Assembly: GCA_040954595.2 (NCBI GenBank)
Contig: CM082585.2
Location: 9,038,464-9,102,463, forward strand
Length of the DNA stretch: 64,000 nucleotides
Direction: 5' to 3'
Source: Balanoglossus misakiensis
Lineage: Eukaryota > Animalia > Hemichordata
Of the stretch, positions 1 to 13,106 are shown piece by piece; within the stretch, counting starts at the first letter, position 1; each line of letters opens with the position of its first letter. Under the pieces are notes generated by a model. That model made no database searches. It saw only the letters and a program-made list of their open reading frames with translations, and was not told where the DNA came from. The translations under genes and the position numbers were made by a program.

Positions 1-1450
1 AATTGCAACGGGGCCTAATGAAGTAACGAAATCCGCAGTCATAACAGTGCGCTGTTGAACTTACCAAAAGTTTCCCGGCCACATACTAGCAGAAAAACTT
101 CCGGAGGTGGAGCTCAGTAACTTAGTACCCACTTTGGGTTCTGATTTATAAGCGGAACCAGCTGTCAGTTTTCATTTTATCGCAGCAATATGTTACGTCC
201 GGAAAATTCGGAACGAGAAGTTTTCAATTTCTTTTTTTTGTCTTCCACAATGACGTATCCCCATACCTCGGTACTTTTAAAGGGACAATAGCTGCAACAT
301 TTTGCCTTTTCATTGTTTTTTGTTCAGTGTATCAAATGAACCCTCTTTGTTCTACCCCACATGCTATAATTCTCAGTATTCGGCCCGTACATGTGTAATG
401 ACATTGTTATTTTTAACAAGTGAATTCTGGTCCGGACCTGAATTCAAATTGTAACAGCACAGTGCCAACCCATGTACACACGCAGGCTAAATTCTTTAGT
501 ATTTCTTAGGCTTAGAATGAAACATCTCTCCGCAACATGGGTCTGTTTTCTTTTAAAGGCAGTATAAAACACAAATAGTCGGCGCTGATACCAGTCAAGG
601 CGTTGACTGATTTCTGACCGTCATGCTTCGTTAGGCACGGGTTTTAACAAGTGTATCGCACAGGAGCTACACTCATATGTACAATAACACACGGGGCGAT
701 GTTCGTTGAGTTTTCTTCTCCCCGCCCGTTCGTGTATCCCTCGCGGGAACACCGGTGTCGACTTACGAAAACTTTGATAATCAGCGTAAGCGATAGCTGC
801 AACACGTCCGCTCGACTTCTCTCCGTCGCCACAGACGATCGGCCGAACAGCTGACGATTCGGGGGGAAATTGTATACACGCTGTTTAACATCCGAAACGG
901 GGCGAAAAGTGCTCTCGCTCGGGCGGAAGATACATGAGAACTGCGAGGCTGCAACTAACGGGCCCCGGCCATCTTTCCCGATAACCGATTTCGCATTTTT
1001 TACGCAGAAGTTTTAATATCTCCCGAGTTTGGCGGCCATTGTGATGCAGATTGGCCCTCGTCGGCTGCGTTTTTTCACCAGCCATCAATCACCCGCCACG
1101 GGTTGATGAAACGCCGAGACTCCCAGAATAAAACCGGGCGTCACGCTCGATTAAGCAAATATGAAATGACGGGTGGTAGGTGGGAAGTGAATAAAAGTTG
1201 AATCTGAAAAGGCGGCGAGATAGGATCAGATCAGCCTCTCATACTTGGGACTCTGCTGATTGCTAATTGTTGGAAGGACAGCTTTATTACTTGGCCTGTT
1301 GTCTTTTATCTTTATTTGTATTTCTTTTATTATGTCTCTGTCAGGAGCCATCTTACAAAACATGATGAGTTTGATGTCGATTCCCAGTGGGAACTCTAAC
1401 AAAGATAATTAATTTATTTTCTGATTTCTGATTTTACTTCAAATCATGGC

Positions 1451-1482
<32 letters not shown>
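1451..1482. repeat. (AGAT)n microsatellite
   Basis: About 8 tandem AGAT units. Confidence 0.95.
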
Positions 1483-1483
<1 letters not shown>

Positions 1484-1506
1484 TATAGAAAGATTGCGCA
1501 AAGAGC

Positions 1507-1573
1507 TACATACATACATACATACATACATACATACATACATACATACATACATACATACATACATACATAC
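1507..1573. repeat. (TACA)n microsatellite
   Basis: About 16 tandem TACA units. Confidence 0.97.
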
Positions 1574-2578
1574 GAGCTCACAATATTTGAGATGATAGCG
1601 CTAGAAGTGTTTATATGTTAGAGTAGACTCTATAACCGTTTTCCATCATCACCAACGATGACAAAAGTAAATGAAAAGTTCAATTTGATATTTGTCCAGT
1701 GGTTTTTGGGCATAAGCGTAGTATTATATCAGAACTATTGTCAAGATCCTGAGTCAATAGAACGGAAAGTAGTTTTATGTCAACTGATGTGAGTGCTCCG
1801 CAAGACGAGGGCAGTGCGCCCCGTATTTAGATAATTTGTCGCAAGTTGACCTCGGGGATACTGTTTCACGAACGACACCGAATGACGGAGGAGGTGTCAA
1901 CTGAAACGACGGCCGGGGAAATTTTAAATGACCACGAACTCATTGAAATTCTGTCATTAGCATGTTGAGGGGAGCGCCGGTAAATGCGACCCGAAAACAA
2001 GAAAGTTGAAACCTTACATCACTTCCCTGAAATGGACATAAATCACAAAGGCAGAAATTATTCATAGCGTTCCCAACCACCGCAAATCTAGTCGCAGAGG
2101 CGCTTTCGCCGGCGCGCGGGTACAAATATTACAATAATAATAACCAAGTCTTCTAACTTAATCATTCTCTAAAATTTACGTCCGCTGTAGTTTAATGTCG
2201 ATTTGAAGGTGTCTGGAGATTTGTCAAAATATAGAGACGCAGCTTCTTATGTTCCTCGTAATCACTAAAACAGACGCTTTCGACTTAAAGTTCATTCTCC
2301 TCTTTCGTTGGTCGCATCTCGGCCTGCGCCGACCGTTTTAAAATATTAACACTGTTGACTTCGATTTTTCTACTTTTCTTCCTCGGGGTATAAAGTGCAA
2401 ATCTGATATTTGGTGTCCCTTCTGAACTGAAGCGTTTAAGATCGTCAGTCGATGTTGCGTCGTTGCACCGGTAAGTATACCCCGCGGTGGCTTCGACATC
2501 CTAACTTTCCGGCCGTGAGACGGGGCCCACTTGTTTCCCTCTCATTCGTCCTGTAAAGTTTAGCTCTGTTATTTTTTC

Positions 2579-2600
2579 GGTGGTGGTGGTGGTGGTGGTG
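2579..2600. repeat. (GGT)n microsatellite
   Basis: About 7 GGT units. Confidence 0.85.
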
Positions 2601-5600
2601 TGGCTGTGTGTTTGGTTTGGTGACAATTTCACGACATAGTACAGTTCCAACTTAAAGGAATGATACAAAGGCACACATAAGTTTTAGCGGAACGAGATAT
2701 TGTCATTAGATTTAAAAGAAAAACCTCAACTTTTGACATAACAAGTTTATATCTAGTGTCACGCCAGCTTTGGGCACCCCCCTCCCTCACCGTTTTGACG
2801 CATCGACACACCTGGAGATAAAAAAAATAAACACAGGTGCGTGTTTACGAAAGAGCTGAGCTGACTTAACGGTTTGCACAGTGAGGTATTTTATCGCTCC
2901 GCTGTGCATTTCGACTTCTATATCATTAAACACAAGTACCACGAGTTAATTTCGTACTATGTTAATACTTGCTGGATTACCGCTTTCCGAACCTTGATCG
3001 AGATGACCCCTTGAACATAGGCTTGCTTCTCTTTTTTGCACTGAGCTCGCGAAGAGTTGATGAAAACGACACACACGGCCATAAATTGGAATCCAAGAAA
3101 CAAAGAAAAAGCAATTTCCTGTGTATCAATACGCGAAGATGATTGAATTATTGTATTTGTTCGAAAAATAGTGCAAACACTCGACACAGTACCTTTATTC
3201 GGATCCCTTTAACACTCACAGTCGCGGGTCATTAAAAATACACACCAAAAGCATTGTAACAATGGCATTTAAACAACTTGTGTGCACGCTACATTCAAAA
3301 TGATGAGAAACATTTCAAAGAATCGGACAATTTCAGAATAAAATGATCTCATGGGATACATTAAGTTAGTAGACGTCCTTCTCTTTTGATGTTCGCGCTT
3401 AAGGCTGTCAGTAATTAAACACCATAATTTAAATTTATTGTTCTTCGTCAATTTAGCGGTAATTAGGGCGCTTATTTCACTGTGACAATTTTTTTGCCTT
3501 TCTTTATGACAGTTTTTCTGCGTCGTGGACGAAATGACGCGCGCAATGATTAAAAAAGACGTTAAACGCATTTTCAAATAGTGATACGTCTGTAAAATAA
3601 TCCTTTGTTTTCTGTTTTGTCGTTGAAATCGACTACTAAGCTCATTTGCATATCTTTGGCATTGAAAAGTAATTAATACAGAAATTAATAGTATGTTACT
3701 TTTCGGAGTCGGCATAATTGCAAAGTTAATCCAGCGTGTCTTTTAAATCACATTTATTTAATTGCGACAATAACCATGAAATCGTTTCTGGATAAAAATG
3801 CATAATTAAATTTTACACAAAAGTTAATTTGGATAAGAGATATTATAACATGCTACATGCGTGTATGGTGTACTTTTCTCCCGTCTCGAACGGTTGACTT
3901 ATTTCGAAAGAACAGTTGATTTTTTTAACAGACGCAGCAGATGGAAATCAAAAGTTAGACTTGATCCAATGTTTGTGTTTTTTTTACATATTGGTTCGGT
4001 TGTTGGTGTTTTACAAGTCTAGGATTTTTTTTATTATTTTACTGAGATACAGTTGGTCTCATTTTGAAATTTATTGTGTACGGTATTTGTGACTTCGGTC
4101 GAGCAGGGGTCTGTGTCTAGTGAGAATTACGACAGGGTCGCGGCCAACAGATTTCTCATTTACGAGTTCAGGCAATAAACACCGCGATGAATGTCACAGT
4201 TAGTTTCATCTCTTTCCAATCCGTCGATACCGTTATTTTCATAATCGAACCTTTCTTTTTAATTAACAAGCCTTCATAATGTAAAAAAATCGACGCGCGT
4301 GTCACAAAGTCTCAAAGCTCGCCGATATTACCGGGAAGTTTTATTCTCGCGAAGTGCCCCCGTTTGCTTTTTCTGTCGATCCCGTTGGTGTCGCCTTGTA
4401 TTTAATCGCATTTATGCCGGCGCGTTATCGATCGCGCCCCGCGCGGAGAAGGGGCGAGACAGAGCCCGCGACACCGGGCGAACAAAGGCAGCTCCATCGA
4501 TCGCTGAGAGTCATTTGAAGTGGCGGGAACAAGAGAAATAGACGACTCATACTGCTTGCAAAAGACCAGCTTAATATTAGATCATGTGAAGCGAGAAATT
4601 TTCTCCCATTTCATATTTGCGATAGATGGATAAAGATAAAATCAACCCCATGAATCTTGATGAGTGGTGATCGATTTCTGATGCCGGTTTATAAAGAGCG
4701 CTGGGTGTGTATGTATCCCCCGTTGCATCGATGTAATCTCGATCGTTTTTAGAAACAGTTCTACTAAATTAAAAACTACTTGTACGTGATTTTAATGCGT
4801 CCTATCGCCGTCTCTTGTTTGTATGTCTGTGTACCGATGTCACGCCGGGGAAATATCGTCCGGATTCAGATCAGATGTCCGGGTCTGTGAGACGTTCTCA
4901 ATTTTTGAAACTGACGGCAAATCGCGTTTAAAATCGCACTCCGTGACCATTTCTATGGCAACGGCGGCGGTTACGTCATTTTTTTCTGAATGCGGATTGT
5001 TCGCCTGGGTTGGTCCTTTCTTGGTCGAGCCTGCGTGCCGCTCGGCTACGGTACGGCCAGTCGGTCAAGCCGTAACGGTGGACACTTGGCGGGCCCTGGA
5101 CGAGTCGCATTCTAGGCAACAAAACTCCCAAACAATTGTTATGCCCCGTGAAATGAGATAAGACTGCGAGTTTTGTGCCACGAAAATTTGACAGAATATG
5201 CGGGGAAGTTGCCAGCGAATGCTTTGAGCGGTCTCCACAGGCTCTCCGCGCTAGTGGACTGTGATTGGCTCACCTAACCATTTGTAGCGAGTTGTCTCTT
5301 TGGGACAAAAAAGTCGAGCATCGTTGCAGACATCGCACACTCTGAGAGACAGACACACGTGACCCGTCACGGCAACCATACCGGGAGCGAACAATGGACG
5401 TTATCTCATAACCTGCAACGGATTAACAATTCGTCAGGGGCCCGGGTGCGCGTCCAATACACGCCGCCATTTCTCGATGTCTCTTGCCGCTGCAGAACCG
5501 TAGGGTAGCCTTCGAAAATAGAAGAGTTCGAGTACGCACTCGCTCGGAGATGCCCTACTTCCTCAATGCAGTTAGAATTTTGATCACGCGTTACAAGTCG

Positions 5601-8600
5601 AGTAAAGCATTTAAAGAGATATACGACCACTTTTACTTTAAATTTATTGAATTCGAGACCTGTTTACATTTTCCACGACTAGGACGATTATTTTCACCGA
5701 AGTGATATTTTAACACGATGCGTTGCCATGGTTATAATGTGACTTTTCATCAGTGCAAATTAATAACGGGGAGATTAATTTCATAAATTCTCAACATTTT
5801 GTCCCAAGTTGTCGCTGAAAGTAACAGTAGCAATACTTCTTTTATATTTCAACTGATATTAGTTCCTTTAACAAATACAGTTTGTTAAAATGCCGTTTTT
5901 TGGCCCGTTAACAGAGGGTGTATTTTGTTGACAGCGAATTTGGCAGTCGCCGCCTTTCAACAGTGTCACTATTAAACCTCAGAGCTCAAATCTCATACAC
6001 AGACTCCGTCAATGAGTAAAATATAAAGCGTTTTTAAGTTCTTTTAGGCAAGACCGCTTAAAAACGAACGAAAAAGAAACAATTGTTAATTTAATCAGAG
6101 TCCGAATGAAAAAAAATGGTTTGTTGTGTCGTTCCACGGAAGTTGTCACTTTTTAGAAAACGAGCAAAACCGCGCCAGAGGAGAACTGATGGCGTGTGGG
6201 AAATTTCGGATCTGTTCTGCAGAAAAAGGGGACGGAGAGGAGTCTTTGGAGCGGCAACACCGGTTACTATAGGACCCACCCCGCACAGCTCACCTAAATG
6301 GGGGCAATCAATGGGAAACTGTCATCCCACAAACAAACTAATTAGCAGGCACTCTGGATGAAGTTGTTACAAACAGCTCTCCCCCTCCCGGGGCCTTTGT
6401 TATTGGGATGGTCGACCCCAGCTGTCAACGGAGCGGTTTAGAGCACCTAGCCCTCGGGTGCCCAGCACGGGAGACGGTGTCTGTATTCTCAGCAGCGGGA
6501 GTGCCGACGACCGACAAGCTCCTCCATGCGACCTCATATTTTTTCATTTCTGTGGAAACATATTCAATCTGTCATTGCTGCCATCACTTTTTTTTTGAAT
6601 CCCGCGTTTTTTATTACTCTGTCTCCATGGTGACGGTTGTTTAATTACCATACAACGGGGTTCGTGGCCGACCGACTAGTCGCTGCCATTTTCGCGACGA
6701 CAGTAGCAGGGATTGGGATTATCTCTATCCGCAGGCTTGTCCTCTGAGATTTGTTGACTCTGAACAAATAGTACGAATAGTTTATCCACGCCCCTAAGTG
6801 AACAGATAACGGTTACTGTCTGGGTACCTCCGAGTCGGACCGCGAATATCATCTTCCAAATTTGCCAGTATTTTGTTTTCTTCATCAAGAAATTGCAAAC
6901 CTCAAACCTATCACCTGAGTATCATGGTAATAATAGTTAACAGGAAACGAAAGCTGGCTGATTAGATTTTTTCCATAAGTACCTTGAAGTACTGGGTTTC
7001 CGCTGAACGTTTTCATCACCTTTGAACAATTCTACTTACTGTGTGTCTCCTAGCTTCCAATTCCACGTAAACTATTTTCTAGGGAATCGTCAGTTTATAC
7101 AGGAGGGGGGGGGGATTCATGATACAGTTGCTGTAACTCTTGTCAACAGTTAATGTTCTATCATTCTACTGTATGGTATGGTGTCCTTTGTTTGTCAACA
7201 ACAACCTGTATATGTGCAAAGACCATTGATGTTGTTGGTATATGATTTCAAAATTAGTTTCCAGTAATAATACTCACTGAAGTTCTGAACACATAATGGG
7301 TGTTACGTCATGCTGTAGCGATTCGAACTATACCCGCGCCTTGATTGTACCTGATACCTCCCTTATTCTGACTTAGTGAGAAAGAAGAGTAAGATTGCTA
7401 GCATTTCACTGAAAGCTACAGGTGAAAAGTTAAAACATGACGGTGTGAGTGAGAGGAGCACAAATTACCGAGCTTATTTTTTCCATCCCCGTGACGTCAT
7501 CAAAGGTCATAGGTCAGACCCCGAAGAGAATAAGCAATCACTGTCCATGGACAGGAAAGTGGTGAGCGGGACGACGTCCCCTCCCTGCGCTCCGGCCGAG
7601 CTGAATGTAAACAATTAATACCCCGCCGCTGCGTTGAAAATTCCCGAGATGTAAAAATACCTCGTCGTCTTTGTCAGGCCGTCGCCGGAGTTGTACTCCG
7701 AGAATCAACGGGCTTTTGTCCGCTACCCGCATTTTCGAGCTAAATCAAACAATTGCTGCATTTTTTTCCCCAGAAGAAAAGTGCTGGTTTTCATCAAACC
7801 ATTTCGTGTTTTTGCTGGCAACAATTAATGCGTTGTGTGATTTTATTAAAACCGGTGAGAATGTCACCTTGTGAAATATAAGGGCGGTAGTGACAGTGTA
7901 GCTTCAGTGCAGGTTACAGTGAACCTCTTTTAAAATTCAAACGTTTGAGTAATCAAAAACAGAGCTCTGGGTTTGAAACACTGTGGATGAGATCGCGGGC
8001 CGATTGCGTTTTTCCACATACCCCTTCCTTTGAATATTTTTGTCCGAGTGTGTTTTTATTCATCTCATTTGTGCAGTGTGTAGCGGTGTCGAAGGTCATG
8101 GGCAAGGAAACATAAAGTTTGTGTTGTAGAATTGATTGCATTTGTCAGATCATACTGAGACATTGAAGCTTTGTCATAGTACTGGAAATAGAGAAACAAA
8201 TTCAAAATCTGTTTTAACATTATGATTGTTGTTCTTTCCCGGGTTCTCAGACACAATTTCGGCTGTTTTTTATTTTATTTTTTTACAAATAACAATATTT
8301 TTACAATATTTTTTAAAAGTGCCGTTTAATCGAAAATCAGCTCATTTTAGACGAAAAATCGGCCGATGATTACTCTCTCGGAACATTTCTGCATTTCAAA
8401 CGTTGTCTCGTAGGCGCGTGGGAATTGAAGTTTTGGCAACCAGCTCCGAAAACCCAGTGGACGTCGCTTCGGACTGATAAGAGATCTGACCCGAGCGTCT
8501 AGATGGCCCTACCTCGTTTCCTTTGCTGAATAGTCTAATATTTTTAAAAATTTACAACTCTTTGTTGTGTGTTATTTTTCTTTCGCTAAATGAAGTGTCC

Positions 8601-11600
8601 GATTGACTAAATGGTACACTAATTCGCCTAAATGGGTCCCCTAGTCACCGAGAGAAGCGAACAACAGAAAGAGGGTTCCACGTGCAAATTTACCCATACG
8701 CTTCCCATCTCTAAATTGGTCGCTGAACAAAATTTTCTTTATTTTAGTCCCCTTTTTCATTTTTAACATTCATAACCTTCATAATGCCGGGGCTTTACAT
8801 GCGTTTAATTTGTAGGGTCGGCGGGTTCATCTACTAGTTATTTATGCATGGTTTAGCTGGCACGGCGAGATAAAATCTCTAGTACTATGGCTGAGCTTAC
8901 AGCGTGTATTATTGCGATGACGACGGTATACACAGTAATGGGCTTGGTTAATAATTTATGGCGAATCGGTGGATACCATTTAAACGTCTACGCACTCTGC
9001 AGTCAGCGCATGTGTTTCGGCTCTCTCTCTCTCTCTTTGGCAAAAAAGGGCGGCAACGCGCGAATTCATTAGCGACAGTTTTTCGACCTGATGCATTTCT
9101 AGCAAATACACTGTTTTGGCAACTGGGAGGGAGGGGTGGGGGCTCTGGATGTACTCAGATGAGGGGAGGGGGGGGGGTTAGGCGGGGCTCTCGGTCCCAA
9201 CTCTCCGCCGCCGTTGCCAATGCAACGACCGCGCCGACCAGCACATGCGTGCCGATTCCCAACACGTACTGGCAATATATTACCGGGGCATAATGCAGGG
9301 ACAGGCAAGCAGCAGAACTCCGGATATAGGTCCGTGATGCTGAAAAAATACGCAAATTGAAAAGTTATGAACTTGAGAGGAATAATGCACAGAAAACGGG
9401 ATTAAACAGTCGCTGAAAGGGAAAGGTCCTTTGTGCTCGCGAAAGGCCGGCGTCGACATTAATTTCTGTCAATTGAAACCGAGATATTGGCTGGGCACGG
9501 GCGCACAAAATGCGAAATATATCAAGAATTAGTGAAAGTGACATGTTGTGATGTATACGCCAGGAGTTGTGATTAGTTTCTGGCGGGAAGAAAGAGAAGG
9601 AAGGAAGGGGACCAGGGAAAAGGCAAAGAGAGAAACAATAACTAGATGAAAAGCAACTGGTTCGTTTGTGTGCCGGGATAGAGAGAGAAAGAGGCATAGC
9701 TGACAGATCTCTGTTCGCTCGGAGAGAGAGAGACAGAAAAAAACATGAGTGAAATGCCCGGTATGAAATAAAGTTCGGATAACACGACTTTAAGTTTTTT
9801 TTTACTCCAAGATTGTTTCTCCGTGTTATTGCGCTATGCCAATCACATGTCATTGTGGAAATCAACACGCCACGATACGATCGGATTACACTGTTTGAGT
9901 AACGCTTTGTAAATTGATAGTGCGTGGCGTTGAACCGGGGCGAATTCTTCGGAGGGGTATGTGTATGTCCAAATGCGACGTGGCCTCGATGATTCGAGTT
10001 GTTTCATTATTTATTAAAACATTCGAAAAACATATTTAGTGTTGACTTAATTCCGGCGTTGAAGTTAATCGCGAGGTGTGATTTTTTAACGCGACGTCTA
10101 TATTTAATCAATGTGTTGATTCAATAACGCCGTACCGCACGGATATTTGCAGCTATACTGATAGTGTTTGCAGGTCGAGACTCCTTTAACAAACAGTCTT
10201 CCTTACAAGTGGTATGTAAAATAAGACAAATAAATGCTTAAAGTATATATTTCATGTACGTTTAGTAATCAGATGTAAATAGTACTATTCGAAGACTGTA
10301 TATAATAAAACCGCAACGGTATACACATGGCAAATAAGGGAAACCGATTAGGAAAAAATAAATATTGTAAACACACTACAAGTTTAAGTCCTTCACATTC
10401 CTAATTTAAGCAAGGCATAGGATATGCGCGTCAGGCAGAAGTCCCTGCCCTTTCCACTGAAATGCATGGGGCTGTTAATGGTGTAGGGGCGAGGGAAGAT
10501 TCAGCGTACACGGAGCGACTGTATGTCCCCCTTCGTTCAAAATCTCCCTCTCACGTGTTCGGCCTTTGTGCCGACGCTGGCGCTTGCTAGTCATGACCAC
10601 ACGGGCGCGCCGGACGCAAAAGCCGCGGACCGACGGCGCGAGTGTCACGGCCGCACGCGGAAAGCTAACAAATATTTGGGAGGGCCCGTGTGTATACGGC
10701 TTCAAGCGCCTACACACACAAACCCTGACTTCACCACCATCATTGGGATCCAGTCCACTCTGTTGTGTGGACCCGATTTGACACTCCACAAAAAAGCACC
10801 GGCGATGATAAATCGAAAAAGAACGCAAATAAAACCTAATCTAGCGCACTTACTCACTCAAATCAAGTTCTCGTCTTAAATATTCCCATCTTTTATGAGC
10901 ACCTTTTTCTTTTAACATTTCCAAAGCAGAGCAGCAATTTCGATGACTTTGAAATCCCATCTGGAAAACTTTTATCTCCACGTTGTCATTTCCCACGACC
11001 GACACTGTTTACTCTTAATAGGCTTAATTAAATATTCAGGAGGGTTTGGACGCTCGGGATGAGATGGGGCGTTCGTTGACGGATTCAATTCGAGCGGGAC
11101 GCATAGAAAACATGTATACATACTTACTTACTCATAAATACAATTCGACACATTAAACTCATGTGGGAAAAGTTGCATAACGCACAAGTAAAAACACACC
11201 ATGCTTTAAGTATTGTTATTCACAAACGGCAAGAAAAATTAACAATCTGGCCTTTACTATTAAAAACCATGACGACTTTTTCGCCACGAGAGAGACTGAA
11301 ACATTCTGAAAGAAAATCGGGGGAAAATAAAGAAAAGAAAAATGGAGTTTTTCGCTGATTCGGTACCCGATTTCCAGACTTCCCCCAAGTCGTCCAGGGT
11401 ACGGGACACAGAGACTAAACTATATGCAAAAATATGCACCGCTTCCCCAGTCATGTGAAGTGTCCGGGCAAACCCTCTCGGACCCGAGGAAAGAATTCGA
11501 CTCTACTTATCCCGGCAGCTCGAACGCGTCAATAAAAAAAAACACCGTATTGGAACATATAGGCATTTTTCTCAATGAAACCCAGACGGTTGACGCATAA

Positions 11601-12960
11601 CTTACCAGCGATGTGCGTATATATTCCAATCGCAGCGCCGGCGCTGGTCGCGGAGTGGTAAAGAATCCGAGGAGCCCTGAATGGGACGACATTTTTCTCC
11701 TAGCCGCCTTTTTTATCAGCTCGGCCGTCCTACGTGCGTGCCTTCCCCGCAAGAAAATGCGTCAAAACGCCGCAGTGGATGGTATATCCCCGCCTTGCCC
11801 CGTCTTACCCAGTCCAAGACTTTAGTCTGACTGGATTTCTCGTTACTAGTAATTTCCCTCAAATAACCGGTGCCTTAATCAAGACACGGTACTTAAATGT
11901 AATGTTATTGCACACCAGTGGGTTTTTGGCAAGTTTTATTTGCAGTACTGGTTCATTTTTCGCGCTCAGCTAGCTGGCTAACCAGCGGCTGTACAGCGAG
12001 GCTGCCCATCGCGCAGGCCCCATCCATCATTACCAATAGAGTCTCCGTCGTGCGCAGTAAATATTGCTGTTTGGGTTTCATGAGTGATTAAGTCCAAGCT
12101 GCGAAGGGAGTCCGAGTTGCCAGGTCCGCTCAGCACCCTCCCTCCGCTGCTGTCCGCACGAGTGAATCGACAAGTCGCAGGAAAGTGGGCCGTCATACCG
12201 AGCCAATAACCGTCGATTGTTGCCGTGGTTAGGCTTGCTGGGGTAATTTGGCGGGGGACTTTAATGACAAACTCGCACTTGGGGAGGGGCGCTAATGAAA
12301 CGCCTCACTTCAAGGGTCCAAAAACCGATGATTGCGGCCGAGGAGGAGGGAGGGGACGTCTGGAGGGAGTTTCTTTCGGGAGGCCATTTTTACCCATCAG
12401 ACGACCAACCCCTATATTTGGAATTCCAATGGCCGACTGGCTCATTGTTATTCTCTTACTTCAGGGGAGCTCTTTTCCTTAGGAAAAAAGCTGCAGGCGG
12501 TTGTAATGAGTCGCCGAGTGTCTCAATGGCTTGATGGGCCACATCGAGTGCCGGTATTCTTCGCAATTTCAACCTGTCGACGCCAGTTCCACTGTTAATA
12601 AAGAAACAAAGTCACTCCACGAATCAGCTTCCAATTCCCTAAGTGAGAAATATTGCCGCAATAAAAGGCGGTACATTGCTAAGCTGGGTATTGCCTGCTA
12701 GATTTAATATCGTCTATCCCAGTTTGCTATTATATTAAGAATTATGACGAGGAAATCCTAATAAAGGATTTCATTTCGACTGTTGTTGGAACCTCAGTGT
12801 AGGCCTCAAACATTCATAAAAAGCATTAATATGTAAGATATTTTGTTCTTTCTGGTGAACTTATTTAGCAAGCTTCGTGTGTACTTAATTGTATGCGTAA
12901 CCATGCATATACTCAGACCAGGATAGTGATAACAAAATTCACAAATACATAGAAGGTAAT

Positions 12961-13106
12961 AGATACATAGATACATAGATACATAGATACATAGATACAT
13001 AGATACATACATACATACATACATACATACATACATACATACATACATACATACATACATACATACATACATACATACATACATACATACATACATACAT
13101 ACATAC
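12961..13106. repeat. Compound microsatellite: (AGATACAT)n followed by (ACAT)n
   Basis: An 8-bp unit repeated about 6 times, then about 24 ACAT units; explains the MYVC ORFs. Confidence 0.97.

Noticed and set aside
277-860. TTAA+AGGGACA start resembling a Kolobok-type non-autonomous transposon end
   Set aside because: No matching inverted terminus (TGTCCCT+TTAA) was found; it cannot be delimited without a repeat library.
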